Source of the DNA: Gemmatimonadales bacterium
Lineage (GTDB): Bacteria; Gemmatimonadota; Gemmatimonadetes; Gemmatimonadales; GWC2-71-9
NCBI GenBank assembly: GCA_035577025.1
Contig: DATLVU010000045.1
Coordinates: 3,727 to 67,726 of the forward strand
DNA length: 64,000 nt
Direction: 5' to 3'
Shown here: piece after piece, positions 18,579 to 27,724 of the stretch
Layout of the letters: every line of letters starts with the position of its first letter
Position numbering within the stretch: position 1 is the stretch's first letter
The notes under the pieces: generated by a model
The model's database searches: none
Seen by the model: only the letters and a program-made list of their open reading frames with translations
Told to the model about the DNA's origin: nothing
Position numbers and translations under genes: made by a program

Positions 18579-18657
18579 GGAGCCGGTGGACCCGATCTCC
18601 TATACAGGCGTCGAACGGAGCGGATCGGAATCGACAGGGCTGGGAGGCGATCTCAGG

Positions 18658-19077
18658 TTACGAGCCTCCCCAGACGGCCTTGATGTCGACCACGGGCGTA
18701 CCGTCGATCGCCTCCATCGGTCCCACGCGCAGCCGGGTGCCGGCGATTTCTCGCACCGTCACGCGATGGAGCCCCAACGGGTTAGGGCGATGCGGAGACC
18801 GGGTCGCGAAGACGCCGGCGAGTGGATTCTTGGGGTCGCCGCGGGGGTGCACCTGAAGAACATCGCGATCGGCCAGGTGCAGCCACGTGACGATGACCAC
18901 GTCATCGCCCGGCGCGATACCGAGCAGAGCACGAGAGAACGTCGGATCCACCTCGAGCCACGCGTCGGGTGCTCCCTCCGTCCCCTGACGGGGTGCGTCC
19001 TCGACCGCTCGGAGCGTGGAACGAATCTGACCGATCTGGTGCAGCGTGTATCTTTTCCGCAACGGAGTGACTCCCAT
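18658..19077 (-). CDS. trmO: TrmO/TsaA-like SAM-dependent tRNA methyltransferase domain protein
   Basis: HQIGQIRS..., VFATRSPHRPNPLGLHRV and IDGTPVVDIK. An alternative TTG start at 19062 is preceded by GGGAG. Confidence 0.75.
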   Translation of the reverse strand: MGVTPLRKRYTLHQIGQIRSTLRAVEDAPRQGTEGAPDAWLEVDPTFSRALLGIAPGDDVVIVTWLHLADRDVLQVHPRGDPKNPLAGVFATRSPHRPNPLGLHRVTVREIAGTRLRVGPMEAIDGTPVVDIKAVWGGS

Positions 19078-19378
19078 GAAATACGTCTTGCTCTACGAGT
19101 CCACGCCAGACTTCCGGTCGAAGGTTCCGGCGCACATCGAGGCGCATCGCGCCCTGTGGAACACGTTTCACGCGGATCGGCGGCTGCTCATGGTGGGCCC
19201 CTTTACCGACGAGCCAGCGGGCGGCGCGATGGGCGTGTTCTCGAGCCGCTCCGCTGCCGAGGAGTTCGTGCGAGCCGATCCCTTCGTAACGCATGGGATC
19301 GTGGCGCGTTGGACGATCAGGGAGTGGAACGAGGTACTGGCCCCGTCGAAAACTTCACCTGGGTATTCGGCTCCGTGA
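19076..19378 (+). CDS. YciI family protein
   Basis: MKYVLLYES... start preceded by GGAG at 19064-19067, with FVRADPFVTHGIV. Confidence 0.75.
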   Translation: MKYVLLYESTPDFRSKVPAHIEAHRALWNTFHADRRLLMVGPFTDEPAGGAMGVFSSRSAAEEFVRADPFVTHGIVARWTIREWNEVLAPSKTSPGYSAP

Positions 19379-19477
19379 CCTCGGAGCCCTGCAGGGCCGC
19401 GACGAGCAGGAGTGTCGCGATCATGCGGTTATAATAGTCCCTGTCAGCACGAACGGCGAACCCTTCAGGAGAGGACG

Positions 19478-20662
19478 ATGGGCAAAGGCACGATAGCCAT
19501 TCTGACCGGCGGCGGAGACGTCCCCGGTCTCAATCCCGCTATCCGCGCGATCACGCTGCGCGCGCTGCGCGATGGCTACGAGGTCGTAGGCATCCGGCAC
19601 GGCTGGGGCGGGCTGGTCGACTATGTACGCGATGCGAAGGCCGACAACAGCGAGAACGTCCAGCCGCTGACGGAAGCCGAAGTCAATCGCGTCGGCCGCA
19701 CGGGCGGAACGTTCCTCCACACGTCGCGCACGCGCCCCAGCCATTTGCCACTCGAGCGGGTGCCGGCGCACCTGACCGGCTATGACCAGCCGATCAACGA
19801 CGTGACCAAGGATGTGCTCAAGAACTTGGAGCACATCGGTGTGGACGTCCTGATTCCCATTGGTGGAGATGACACGCTCAGCTATGGCAAACGCCTGCAC
19901 GACGAAGGGGTGAATGTCGTGGCGATACCGAAGACGATGGACAACGACGTCTATGGAACCGACTACTGCATCGGCTTCAGCACCTGTGTGACGCGCACGA
20001 TGGAGCTCGCCCAGCGGCTCCGCACGTCGGCGGGTTCACACGAGCGCTTTCTGGTCGTCGAGGTGTTCGGGCGCTACGCCGGGTTCACGGCGCTCCTCCC
20101 AACGATGGCCGGCGCGGCGGATCGCTGCGTCATCCCCGAGCATCCGGTCAACGTCGACCGCCTGGCGGAGCTGCTGACGCAGGACCGGAACAAGAACCCG
20201 AGCCGCTATTCAGTCGTGCTCGTGTCGGAAGGCGCACGCCTCACGTCGCAGGACGGCATGAGCTTCGAAGGCGGGGAGACCGACATGTTCGGGCATCGCA
20301 AGCTGGGCGGGATCGGCGACCAGATCGGAACGGCGCTCAAGGAAGCGTCGGCGAAGTACAACAAGGGACGCCGCATCGACGTCGTGAACCAGCGGCTCGG
20401 CTATCTCGTCCGCTCGGGCGATCCCGATGCACTCGACTCGATCGTCCCGATGGTCTTCGGCAACCTCGCGCTCGGCCTGGTGGGGAAGAAGCAATACGGT
20501 CGCCTGGTCAGCATCCACCGCGGGTTCTACGACACGGTGCCGATCTCCAGCGTGACGTCGGAGAAAAAGTTCGTCGACATCAAGAAGTACTACAATACGG
20601 ACCGGCTGCGGCCCATCTACCAGTTCGATGGCGCGCCGCTCTTCATCGTGACGAGCGACTGA
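19478..20662 (+). CDS. pfp: 6-phosphofructokinase, probably the pyrophosphate-dependent type
   Basis: ATG at 19478 follows AGGAGAGG. ILTGGGDVPGLN is present. IGGDDTLSYG and IPKTMDNDV carry Asp and Lys at the two positions that distinguish PPi- from ATP-dependent enzymes. Confidence 0.8.
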   Translation: MGKGTIAILTGGGDVPGLNPAIRAITLRALRDGYEVVGIRHGWGGLVDYVRDAKADNSENVQPLTEAEVNRVGRTGGTFLHTSRTRPSHLPLERVPAHLTGYDQPINDVTKDVLKNLEHIGVDVLIPIGGDDTLSYGKRLHDEGVNVVAIPKTMDNDVYGTDYCIGFSTCVTRTMELAQRLRTSAGSHERFLVVEVFGRYAGFTALLPTMAGAADRCVIPEHPVNVDRLAELLTQDRNKNPSRYSVVLVSEGARLTSQDGMSFEGGETDMFGHRKLGGIGDQIGTALKEASAKYNKGRRIDVVNQRLGYLVRSGDPDALDSIVPMVFGNLALGLVGKKQYGRLVSIHRGFYDTVPISSVTSEKKFVDIKKYYNTDRLRPIYQFDGAPLFIVTSD

Positions 20663-20665
20663 GAC

Positions 20666-22678
20666 CTAGAGCCGATACCCCACGAGCGTCCCCGGCACCG
20701 TCCGCAGGAACAGCATCCCGGCGACGTCGTCCACCGCGTAGACCGGTTCGCGCTCCTTGCCGAGGTCGACGCGCGAGCGCGCCTGCGCGCTCTCCTTGTC
20801 GATCTGCAGCAGGACGTTGCCGTTGCCCTCGGGCGCCTTCGTCAGCATGAATACCGAGCTCGGCACGGCGAGTGAGGCCTTGAAGCGCTTGGTGGCGAGC
20901 GCGGCCGACTGGCGCGAATAGCCCGTCAGCTGCGCCCCGCCCTGCGTGTACGCCGTCGCCATCTGCCCGGTAATCCGCTTGGCCATCGTATCCGTGGCGT
21001 TGCGGGACGCCTGCGCGAACGCGTCGCCGTACGCGGACGCCGCCGCGCCGTACAGGCCGGCGCGTACCGCGTTGAGGGTGTGCAAAGCGCGCAACAGTCC
21101 CGGCAGCTGGGGTGCCGGGTAGTAGACCTGTTGCTTCACCTGCCCGTCCCGCCCCACGACCACGAGATTCTGCGACGAGATGAGCACGATCCCCGCCGGG
21201 CGAACCTCGAGACTCGTCACGTCCTCCCCACCCTGCAGCTTGATCTCTCCACTCAGCGCCTTGAACGTGCCGGCATCGCGATCCACGGCGTAGAGTTTGT
21301 GATCCTTGTTCGCGAAGGCGTACAGCGTGCGACCTTCGACCGCGTTATACAGATAGGCGCGATGGTCCCCCTGAATGGCATCCTTGAAGCGCAAGTCGCC
21401 GCTCCCGAGGTCGACGACGTTCACCTCGGCGTCCGTGCCCGCATCCGGGCGCGACACATACAGCAGGCCTGCCGGCGTCAGCTCGGCATACGCAAGCTGC
21501 CCTTTGATCTTCACATCCTTCTTGAGCCGGAGCGTGGCCGTGCCCACGTCCAGCACGTTCACGAAGGTCTTCGACTCCGCATCGGTCGTCAGCACCGCGG
21601 CGTCGCCCACGATGAGTGCGTCGGTGACGTTGCCGCGCATATGGAGCGGCTTCTGGGCGATCGTCGTCCCATCGTCGTACCGGGCCACGTTGAGTCCGGT
21701 CTGCACCACGCCGTTGATGACCACCCGGCGATTGCTGGTCCCCTCACCCTCGGGTGCCCCTTCGGGGAGCATGATGATCCCGGCGGGATGCTGCACGATG
21801 TCGCGGACCCGTCCGTCCACGGTCGCGGGCTGAGCCCACAGCGCTTGCCCGTCGGCCAGGCGGTAGGCCATGAGGCGTTCGTCGAAGCTCACGTAGATCC
21901 GATCGGACTTCGCAAGCGATGGGTAGAGCTGCACGTGGTGCGGCAAGCTGCCCGAGCGCGCGGTGGGCAATGTCGCAGTCCAGCGTACGGCCCCCGTCTT
22001 CGCATCCATGGCGCGCAGGCCGCTGAGCGTGTGCACCACGATCATATCGGGCCCCGCCTGAAGCACCTCGAGCGCGGTCGCTTCCGACGCGGCGCGCACC
22101 AGGTTCTGCATCAGGCCGCCCAGCCCCTTCTTCTTGCGCTCGGTCTGCTCGAAGAGCGTCTCGTTGGCCCAGCGCTGCTCACCGGTGGCGAGATCGTACA
22201 GCGCCACAACCGGCGGCCCTTGGGCCCGACGGCCGTGCAGCAGCAGGGTCCCGCTCTGTGGCAGTACGCGCTTGGTGACGACCTGGGCGAGGGACAGGCG
22301 CCGCGAGTCGAACACGACGGCGCCCGTCACCGGGTCGAAGATCACGAGGAGATTGGGCCGCGCGGCCTCCATCAGGAGCGATCCCTCGACGATGCGCACG
22401 CTATCCACCGGAAGCCCGCCGAGCTCGGCTTTCTCCCAGGTGATCTGGCCGGTCTCTATGTCCACCCCGGCGAGCGCGGCGTCGGTTGAGACGAGCAGCG
22501 CGCCCGCGGGCGTGACCTGCTGCCAGCGGATGTCGCCTTTCATCCGGGCGGTCCACGCGGCCGTGGCTCCGGCCGGGGCCGGGGCGGGGGCATGCGTGGC
22601 GGTCTGGGCGGCTGCGGGCGCACAAACGACGAGCGGTGCGAAGAACAGAAGCGCGCAACGAGCGGACGCGACGGTCAT
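20666..22678 (-). CDS. secreted PQQ-like/BamB-like beta-propeller repeat protein
   Basis: Signal peptide ending AAAQT, with recurrent G.(I/V/L)(R/T)W motifs (GQITWEK, GEQRWAN, GAVRWTA, GQALWAQ). Confidence 0.6.
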   Translation of the reverse strand: MTVASARCALLFFAPLVVCAPAAAQTATHAPAPAPAGATAAWTARMKGDIRWQQVTPAGALLVSTDAALAGVDIETGQITWEKAELGGLPVDSVRIVEGSLLMEAARPNLLVIFDPVTGAVVFDSRRLSLAQVVTKRVLPQSGTLLLHGRRAQGPPVVALYDLATGEQRWANETLFEQTERKKKGLGGLMQNLVRAASEATALEVLQAGPDMIVVHTLSGLRAMDAKTGAVRWTATLPTARSGSLPHHVQLYPSLAKSDRIYVSFDERLMAYRLADGQALWAQPATVDGRVRDIVQHPAGIIMLPEGAPEGEGTSNRRVVINGVVQTGLNVARYDDGTTIAQKPLHMRGNVTDALIVGDAAVLTTDAESKTFVNVLDVGTATLRLKKDVKIKGQLAYAELTPAGLLYVSRPDAGTDAEVNVVDLGSGDLRFKDAIQGDHRAYLYNAVEGRTLYAFANKDHKLYAVDRDAGTFKALSGEIKLQGGEDVTSLEVRPAGIVLISSQNLVVVGRDGQVKQQVYYPAPQLPGLLRALHTLNAVRAGLYGAAASAYGDAFAQASRNATDTMAKRITGQMATAYTQGGAQLTGYSRQSAALATKRFKASLAVPSSVFMLTKAPEGNGNVLLQIDKESAQARSRVDLGKEREPVYAVDDVAGMLFLRTVPGTLVGYRL

Positions 22679-22782
22679 GGCGATCCTCTCCCTCCCCCCT
22701 CCAGGGTGGTGGAACAGCGGGCCCCCATATCCCCCCAGTGCAGGCTGAAACGCAAGAGGGGACGGTCGTGCTGAGGCTGAAT

Positions 22783-23844
22783 TCAGTGCTTCGGCGGTGC
22801 CGCGCGAGGAGGATAGGGTCCCAGATATCTCAGGGTCCGAAGGGGTCGCTCGAACAACTTCTTACCGCGAGAGAGGTCCTCCACGACGACGCGCTCCGGG
22901 ACAAAGAACACCAGCTTGTCCTTCCACATCAGCCAGGTTCCGGGAAACGCGTCGCTGACGACGTGTCCCACACGCTCACCGGTCACCGTGGAGTGCACCA
23001 CGAGATCGTACTGGTAGTGCACCGTTCTGCTCTGGTAGCGCTGTTGGCAGGCTCCGACGACGGTCCGTCGGTCGGCTGACACGCTCACGCCGGCGCTGTT
23101 CCAGGGCACGTGGCACAGCTCGACATCGGGGAGGACCGTTGTACCGCGGGTGCGCCGCAGCACGATCCGCATTGTCTGCGGGTCGTCACGCAGTAAGGCC
23201 GCTCGCACAGTCAGCCCTTCGATCTCGAACGGCCCGAGGCTGTAGCCCGCCCGTAGGTCCGTCTGCACGACAACGTCGGTGTTCGGGAACTCCTCGTTGA
23301 CGGGCACGAGCGTGCCGCGAGCGAGGTCGACCCGCGCCGCGCCGGTCTTCGTGTAACCTGGTCGAGGATTGGGAGTGAGAACGGGAGAGAATGGCGTCAT
23401 CACCGCTCGCCAGACGACGTAATCCCAACCGCTGCGCGAAACGCTCCACATCGTCGTCATCGAACCCAGACCGCCTCCCACGATTCCCACGCCACTTCCC
23501 TGCCCCCACACCGGAAGCGTCGCCAGGACTCTCCCCGAGCGCGCACTCAAAATGGCCAGCCGCCAGCCGTCTTTCCCGGGCGGTACGGCCATGAGTGCGA
23601 GGAGGCGGTCCTCGCTCACCATGATGGGAAAAGAGGCTTGCTTCGTGCGCCACAGCAGACGGCCGGAGCGGAGATCCAGCGCTTCCAGACCTGAGTCCGG
23701 GCGCGCGAGGTACAGTCGCGGGGAGTCCCCGACCTGGACCAGGGCGCTCTGCGAGATGGCGTAGGACTCGGACCTGGGCTCGGCCGCGCTCGAGAGTAGA
23801 GCGATGGCCGCGAGGGCACTCGCGAGGTTCCGCATGGCGGCCAA
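22783..23844 (-). CDS. secreted hypothetical protein (one PQQ-like repeat motif)
   Basis: Signal peptide, with LEALDLRSGRLLWRT. No other recognisable domain. Confidence 0.5.
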   Translation of the reverse strand: MAAMRNLASALAAIALLSSAAEPRSESYAISQSALVQVGDSPRLYLARPDSGLEALDLRSGRLLWRTKQASFPIMVSEDRLLALMAVPPGKDGWRLAILSARSGRVLATLPVWGQGSGVGIVGGGLGSMTTMWSVSRSGWDYVVWRAVMTPFSPVLTPNPRPGYTKTGAARVDLARGTLVPVNEEFPNTDVVVQTDLRAGYSLGPFEIEGLTVRAALLRDDPQTMRIVLRRTRGTTVLPDVELCHVPWNSAGVSVSADRRTVVGACQQRYQSRTVHYQYDLVVHSTVTGERVGHVVSDAFPGTWLMWKDKLVFFVPERVVVEDLSRGKKLFERPLRTLRYLGPYPPRAAPPKH

Positions 23845-23896
23845 TCTACGGGGCTGCGTCGTGGCGGGGGTTGACGCAGGCTACACCTCGCTATAT

Positions 23897-23912
23897 ATAA
23901 CCATATGGTTAT
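23897..23912. promoter_or_regulatory. 16-bp perfect palindrome ATAACCATATGGTTAT, putative ArsR-type operator
   Basis: It overlaps the arsR-like start codons (23905 and 23911) and is preceded by CTATATAT. Confidence 0.55.
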
Positions 23913-24252
23913 GCAAGCCAGCCTCGATGCGACCTTCGCCGCACTGGCCGATCCCACGCGCCGCGCCATCCTCACTCGGCTCGCGTCGGGTGAGGCATCG
24001 GTGGCGGAGCTCGCCCGCCCCTTCGCCATGAGCCAGCCCGCGATCTCGAAGCACCTGAAGGTGCTCGAGCGCGCCGGGTTGATCCGCCGGGGCCGCGACG
24101 CGCAGCGCCGGCCGCGGCGGATCGAGCCGAAGCGACTGGCCGAAGCCACCGAATGGCTGGAGCGCTACCGCCGGCTCTGGGAGGGGAATTACCAGCGCCT
24201 CGATGCGTTGCTCGAGGAGCTGAAAACCAAGGAGCGAAAATGGGACAGCTAA
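23905..24252 (+). CDS. ArsR/SmtB family transcriptional regulator
   Basis: FAALADPTRRAILTRL..ASVAELARPFAMSQPAISKHLKVLERAGLI. Confidence 0.9.
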   Translation: MVMQASLDATFAALADPTRRAILTRLASGEASVAELARPFAMSQPAISKHLKVLERAGLIRRGRDAQRRPRRIEPKRLAEATEWLERYRRLWEGNYQRLDALLEELKTKERKWDS

Positions 24253-24728
24253 AAGTCACGATGCCGTCCGATCGCGAGATCGCCATGACCCGCGTGTTCG
24301 ATGCCCCGCGCACACTCGTGTTCGACGCCCACACCAAGCCCGAGGTCGTCAAGCGGTGGCTGTTGGGGCCACCGGGCTGGACGATGCCGGTATGTGAGAT
24401 CGATCTGAGGGTAGGTGGGAAGTACCGCTGGGTGTGGCGCAGTGACAATGACGGAAGCACGATGGGGATCGGCGGCGTGTACCGCGAGATCGTGGCGCCC
24501 GAACGCATCGTCACCACCGAGCGGTTCGACGAGGCCTGGTATCCGGGCGAAGGGCTCAATACCCTCGTGCTCGTCGAAAAGGGCGGACGGACCACGCTGA
24601 CGCAGACGATGCGCTACGAATCGAAGGAGGCGCGCGACGCGGTCCTCAAGTCGGGCATGGAAAAGGGCGTGGAAGCGAGCTACGACCGGCTCGCGGAGCT
24701 GCTGGCGTCGATGCCGGCTGCACGATGA
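24240..24728 (+). CDS. SRPBCC/AHSA1-domain protein
   Basis: ATG at 24240 overlaps the arsR-like 3' end. It has REIAMTRVFDAPRTLVFDAHTKPE..RWL and VGGKYRW. Confidence 0.85.
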   Translation: MGQLKVTMPSDREIAMTRVFDAPRTLVFDAHTKPEVVKRWLLGPPGWTMPVCEIDLRVGGKYRWVWRSDNDGSTMGIGGVYREIVAPERIVTTERFDEAWYPGEGLNTLVLVEKGGRTTLTQTMRYESKEARDAVLKSGMEKGVEASYDRLAELLASMPAAR

Positions 24729-24755
24729 CCATAACTCAACGGTGAGAGAGGCTCT

Positions 24756-25232
24756 ATGCAGAAGATCGTCCCGTTCCTCTGGTTCGACGGCAAGGCCGAA
24801 GAGGCAATGAACTTCTATGTGTCGATCTTCAAGAACTCGAAGGTCGTTCGCGTAACCCGCTATGGAGACGCGGGACCCGGCCCGAAAGGGTCGGTCATGT
24901 CCTGCACGTTCCAGCTCGAGGGCCAGGAGTTCTATGCCTTGAACGGCGGGCCACAGTTCAAGTTCACGCCGGCCATTTCCCTGTTCGTGAACTGTGAGAC
25001 GCAGCAGGAAGTCGACGAGCTTTGGAAAAAGCTGCTGTCCGCTGGCGGGCGAGAGGATCAATGCGGGTGGCTGCAGGACAAGTACGGCCTGTCGTGGCAG
25101 ATCATCCCCACCGCGCTCGGACAGATGCTGGGCGACAAGGATCCGAAGAAGGCGAACCGGGCCATGCAGGCCATGCTCAAGATGAAGAAGATCGAGATCA
25201 AGGGCTTGCAGGCGGCATACGACGGGCGGTGA
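24756..25232 (+). CDS. VOC-superfamily protein (PhnB / 3-demethylubiquinone methyltransferase-like domain)
   Basis: [25 protein letters not shown] and DKYGLSWQI. Confidence 0.85.
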   Translation: MQKIVPFLWFDGKAEEAMNFYVSIFKNSKVVRVTRYGDAGPGPKGSVMSCTFQLEGQEFYALNGGPQFKFTPAISLFVNCETQQEVDELWKKLLSAGGREDQCGWLQDKYGLSWQIIPTALGQMLGDKDPKKANRAMQAMLKMKKIEIKGLQAAYDGR

Positions 25233-25242
25233 AGGCCTAGCT

Positions 25243-25716
25243 TTAGGCACCCAGCACCTTGATGAGCTGCACCTGGCCGGCGTGGTACACCGCGTGGCAG
25301 GTGATGCCCAGCACGAGGTTGAACCGCTCAGCCTCGTCGAGCGGCGAGCGGACGGCACCCGAGCCGATCTTCGCGAGGATGGTTTCGAGTCGGACTTGCT
25401 CACGCTCCAGCGTGCTGACGATCGCGGGCCAAGCGAGGTCGCGCTCGCTCGAGATGGCGAACCAATCGGCGCCCGTGAGGGGAAAGGGCTCCCCTTCGCG
25501 GCCCGAGAGCTGGTTCGCGACTGAGCGGACGCACCAGGCGTGATGCATGGCGATCTCGGCGACGTTGTGCCGGCCCGGGCGGGGGCGATGAAAGGCGGTA
25601 GTAGCCGACACGTCGGCCAGCGCCGCGTTCATGTTGGGTCCGTGCCATGCGCCCGGTCCGTACCCTTCTTCGAGGATGCGGGCGGGCAGGCTCTTTTCGG
25701 TGGTTGCTGGGCTCAT
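25243..25716 (-). CDS. DinB family protein
   Basis: Start at MSPATT (25716). It has AEIAMHHAW and CHAVYHAGQ histidine motifs. The longer 322-aa ORF extension is Arg/Pro-rich shadow. Confidence 0.8.
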   Translation of the reverse strand: MSPATTEKSLPARILEEGYGPGAWHGPNMNAALADVSATTAFHRPRPGRHNVAEIAMHHAWCVRSVANQLSGREGEPFPLTGADWFAISSERDLAWPAIVSTLEREQVRLETILAKIGSGAVRSPLDEAERFNLVLGITCHAVYHAGQVQLIKVLGA

Positions 25717-25754
25717 GGGGTCCTCTCTAGAATTCGCCGTATGGGTGTACAGCC

Positions 25755-26729
25755 GTGTCGGCACGGATGATACGGAGCAATCGGCCCGCCGTCTTGGGGA
25801 AAATTGCTCACGAGGTGGACCGGGCTTTGGCGCTTCGGGCCAGGACCGGGGCGCCGGGCGGCACGACGCCGACCCGCCTGGCCCAAGGAGCGGGGTGGTG
25901 CGTCGACGACGTGATGTGCACGTCCGGGCCCGGCGACCGGCCGTTTGAGGAGGAGCACCGGTCGGTGTCGATCGCCATCGTGCTGTCGGGAACCTTCGAG
26001 TATCGGGCGTCCTCAGGCGGCGCCCTGATGACGCCTGGGTCGCTCCTACTCGGCAACCCCGGGCAGAGCTTCGAATGCGTCCACGCCCACGGCGCCGGCG
26101 ACCGTTGCATCGCGTTCCGGTTCTCACCGGAGCTGTTCGAGCAGCTCGGCATGGACGGGAGCACCCCGCGGGGCCGCGCGGCTTCCCGCTTTCGCGCTCC
26201 GCGTCTGCCACCGCTCAAGGCCTCGGCCTCTCTCGTGGCCCAGGCTGCCTTAGGTGTCGTCGCCCCAGCGGCCGCGAGCGAATTGTGGGAAGAGCTCGCG
26301 TATCGGCTCGCCGCGGCGACGCTTGCACTCTCGTCGGGAGAGGGAGAGCGGTTCCACCCCGGGCGACCGCCGGCAGGCGCCCTGGCGCGCATCGCGGACA
26401 GTGTGCGCCGCATCGAGCGAGACCCGGGGGCGCCGTGGACACTGAAGCAGTTAGCCCACGAGGCCGCGCTGAGTCCCTTCCACTACCTGCGGACGTTCAA
26501 GCGGGTCACCGGCGTTACGCCGCACCAGTTCATTCTGCGGGCCCGCCTGCGCGCCGCGGCGCTTCACGTGGCGGCGGACGAGGCAAGGATCATCGATGCG
26601 GCGGGAGCGACAGGGTTCGAAGACCTTTCGAACTTCAATCACGCCTTCCGTGCGGAGTTCGGCGTCGCCCCCCGAATGTACCGAAGGATCGCCAGCCGCC
26701 GCCCGCTCGACATCCGCAGCGGCGGCTGA
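25755..26729 (+). CDS. AraC family transcriptional regulator
   Basis: C-terminal double HTH (LAHEAALSPFHYLRTFKRVTGVTPHQF ... FEDLSNFNHAFRAEFGVAP). The start is uncertain. Confidence 0.85.
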   Translation: MSARMIRSNRPAVLGKIAHEVDRALALRARTGAPGGTTPTRLAQGAGWCVDDVMCTSGPGDRPFEEEHRSVSIAIVLSGTFEYRASSGGALMTPGSLLLGNPGQSFECVHAHGAGDRCIAFRFSPELFEQLGMDGSTPRGRAASRFRAPRLPPLKASASLVAQAALGVVAPAAASELWEELAYRLAAATLALSSGEGERFHPGRPPAGALARIADSVRRIERDPGAPWTLKQLAHEAALSPFHYLRTFKRVTGVTPHQFILRARLRAAALHVAADEARIIDAAGATGFEDLSNFNHAFRAEFGVAPRMYRRIASRRPLDIRSGG

Positions 26730-26739
26730 CGCTCCGGTC

Positions 26740-27258
26740 CTAGTGGCGGTGGACCGGCTCCACCTTCACCGTCACGCCCGACGCGGATGCATCGATCGTG
26801 GCGGCGTCATGACCGTCCGACTTCCCGACCCGGACGCCGACCCGGATCTCCTGCGGGCCGTCGATCATCGCGTTGACCTTCGTGAGAGTCACGGTCGCCG
26901 CCTCGGGACTGAGCCCGTTCCACGCTCCCGTCGCGGCGTCGGGGATGATGCCGAGCAGCCCCGTGAAAAGAATGTCGAGCGCGAGAATGCCACCCCGCAT
27001 GTGGTGCTGAATCTGGAAGTGCCCGGGGCTGTAGCCCGCCTTCTCGAAGGTCAACGAATAGTCGTTCTTCCGCTCGAGATTGATGGACGTCGGTGTCGTG
27101 TACTCGCCGGTGGGCGGCGACGTGGTCACCTTCGCCCCGTCGGGCGATGACTGGACCTGAATCGTCTCGTGCGCGCCGCCGAACATCAGGCCGCAAGCGG
27201 CGACCGATGGTGGCAGGATGGCCAGGCACAGCAGTGACAAGGATCTGCGGAACTGCAT
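26740..27258 (-). CDS. lipoprotein, PEGA-like beta domain
   Basis: Start at MQFRR (27258), lipobox SVAAC, and VQSSPDGAKVT...LTFEKAGY. Confidence 0.6.
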   Translation of the reverse strand: MQFRRSLSLLCLAILPPSVAACGLMFGGAHETIQVQSSPDGAKVTTSPPTGEYTTPTSINLERKNDYSLTFEKAGYSPGHFQIQHHMRGGILALDILFTGLLGIIPDAATGAWNGLSPEAATVTLTKVNAMIDGPQEIRVGVRVGKSDGHDAATIDASASGVTVKVEPVHRH

Positions 27259-27290
27259 AACGACCTCCTGTGATGGGACGGACCTGTTCG

Positions 27291-27581
27291 TCACGACCGA
27301 CCGTGGTGGGCGGCACCGGTCGCGAGGATCGCAGCGGCGCGTTCCAGCAGGGCCAGCTCGCGGCGCAGCGCGCCGATCTCACGCCGGATGTGCGCCAGCT
27401 CCTCGAGCCGCGGGGTCGGTGGGCGGCGGGCGGTCCCGCCGCGTAGCAACTGCTTCCATCGCCGGACCTGATCGGCCCGAATCCCGAGCTCGCGCGCCAC
27501 ATCGGCCGCGCTGCGGCCGCGTTCGACCACTTGGTCAACAGCCCGTCGCTTGAAGTCCTGGTCGAAAACGCGCCGTTTCAC
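27291..27581 (-). CDS. IS3-family transposase OrfA-like HTH protein, orphan (no OrfB/DDE ORF nearby)
   Basis: MKRRVFDQDFKRRAVDQVVERGRSAADVARELGIRADQVRRWK followed by a leucine-zipper-like REIGALRRELALLERAAAIL. Confidence 0.75.
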   Translation of the reverse strand: MKRRVFDQDFKRRAVDQVVERGRSAADVARELGIRADQVRRWKQLLRGGTARRPPTPRLEELAHIRREIGALRRELALLERAAAILATGAAHHGRS

Positions 27582-27724
27582 CGTTGGAGGGATACGCCGT
27601 GGCTAAGCGCGCCGCATGGGGCGTTTGCCCTATGTGGCGAAGCGTGGCTTGGAGGGGTTCTGCGGAGAGGAGGCGCTCAGGTTGGTGCCCGGCCCGACTC
27701 GGTCGGGCACCCCCCTCGGCCCTG

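Noticed and set aside
19430-19435. TATAAT hexamer 42 nt upstream of the pfp start, considered as a promoter -10.
   Set aside because: There is no convincing -35 at 16-18 nt spacing. It may still be real, but it is unsupported from sequence alone.
27684-27711. A GC-rich hairpin (GGTGCCCG...CGGGCACC) downstream of the di-haem cytochrome gene, considered as a terminator.
   Set aside because: No U-tract follows it on the transcribed (minus) strand and alternative pairings exist. I cannot support it as an intrinsic terminator.
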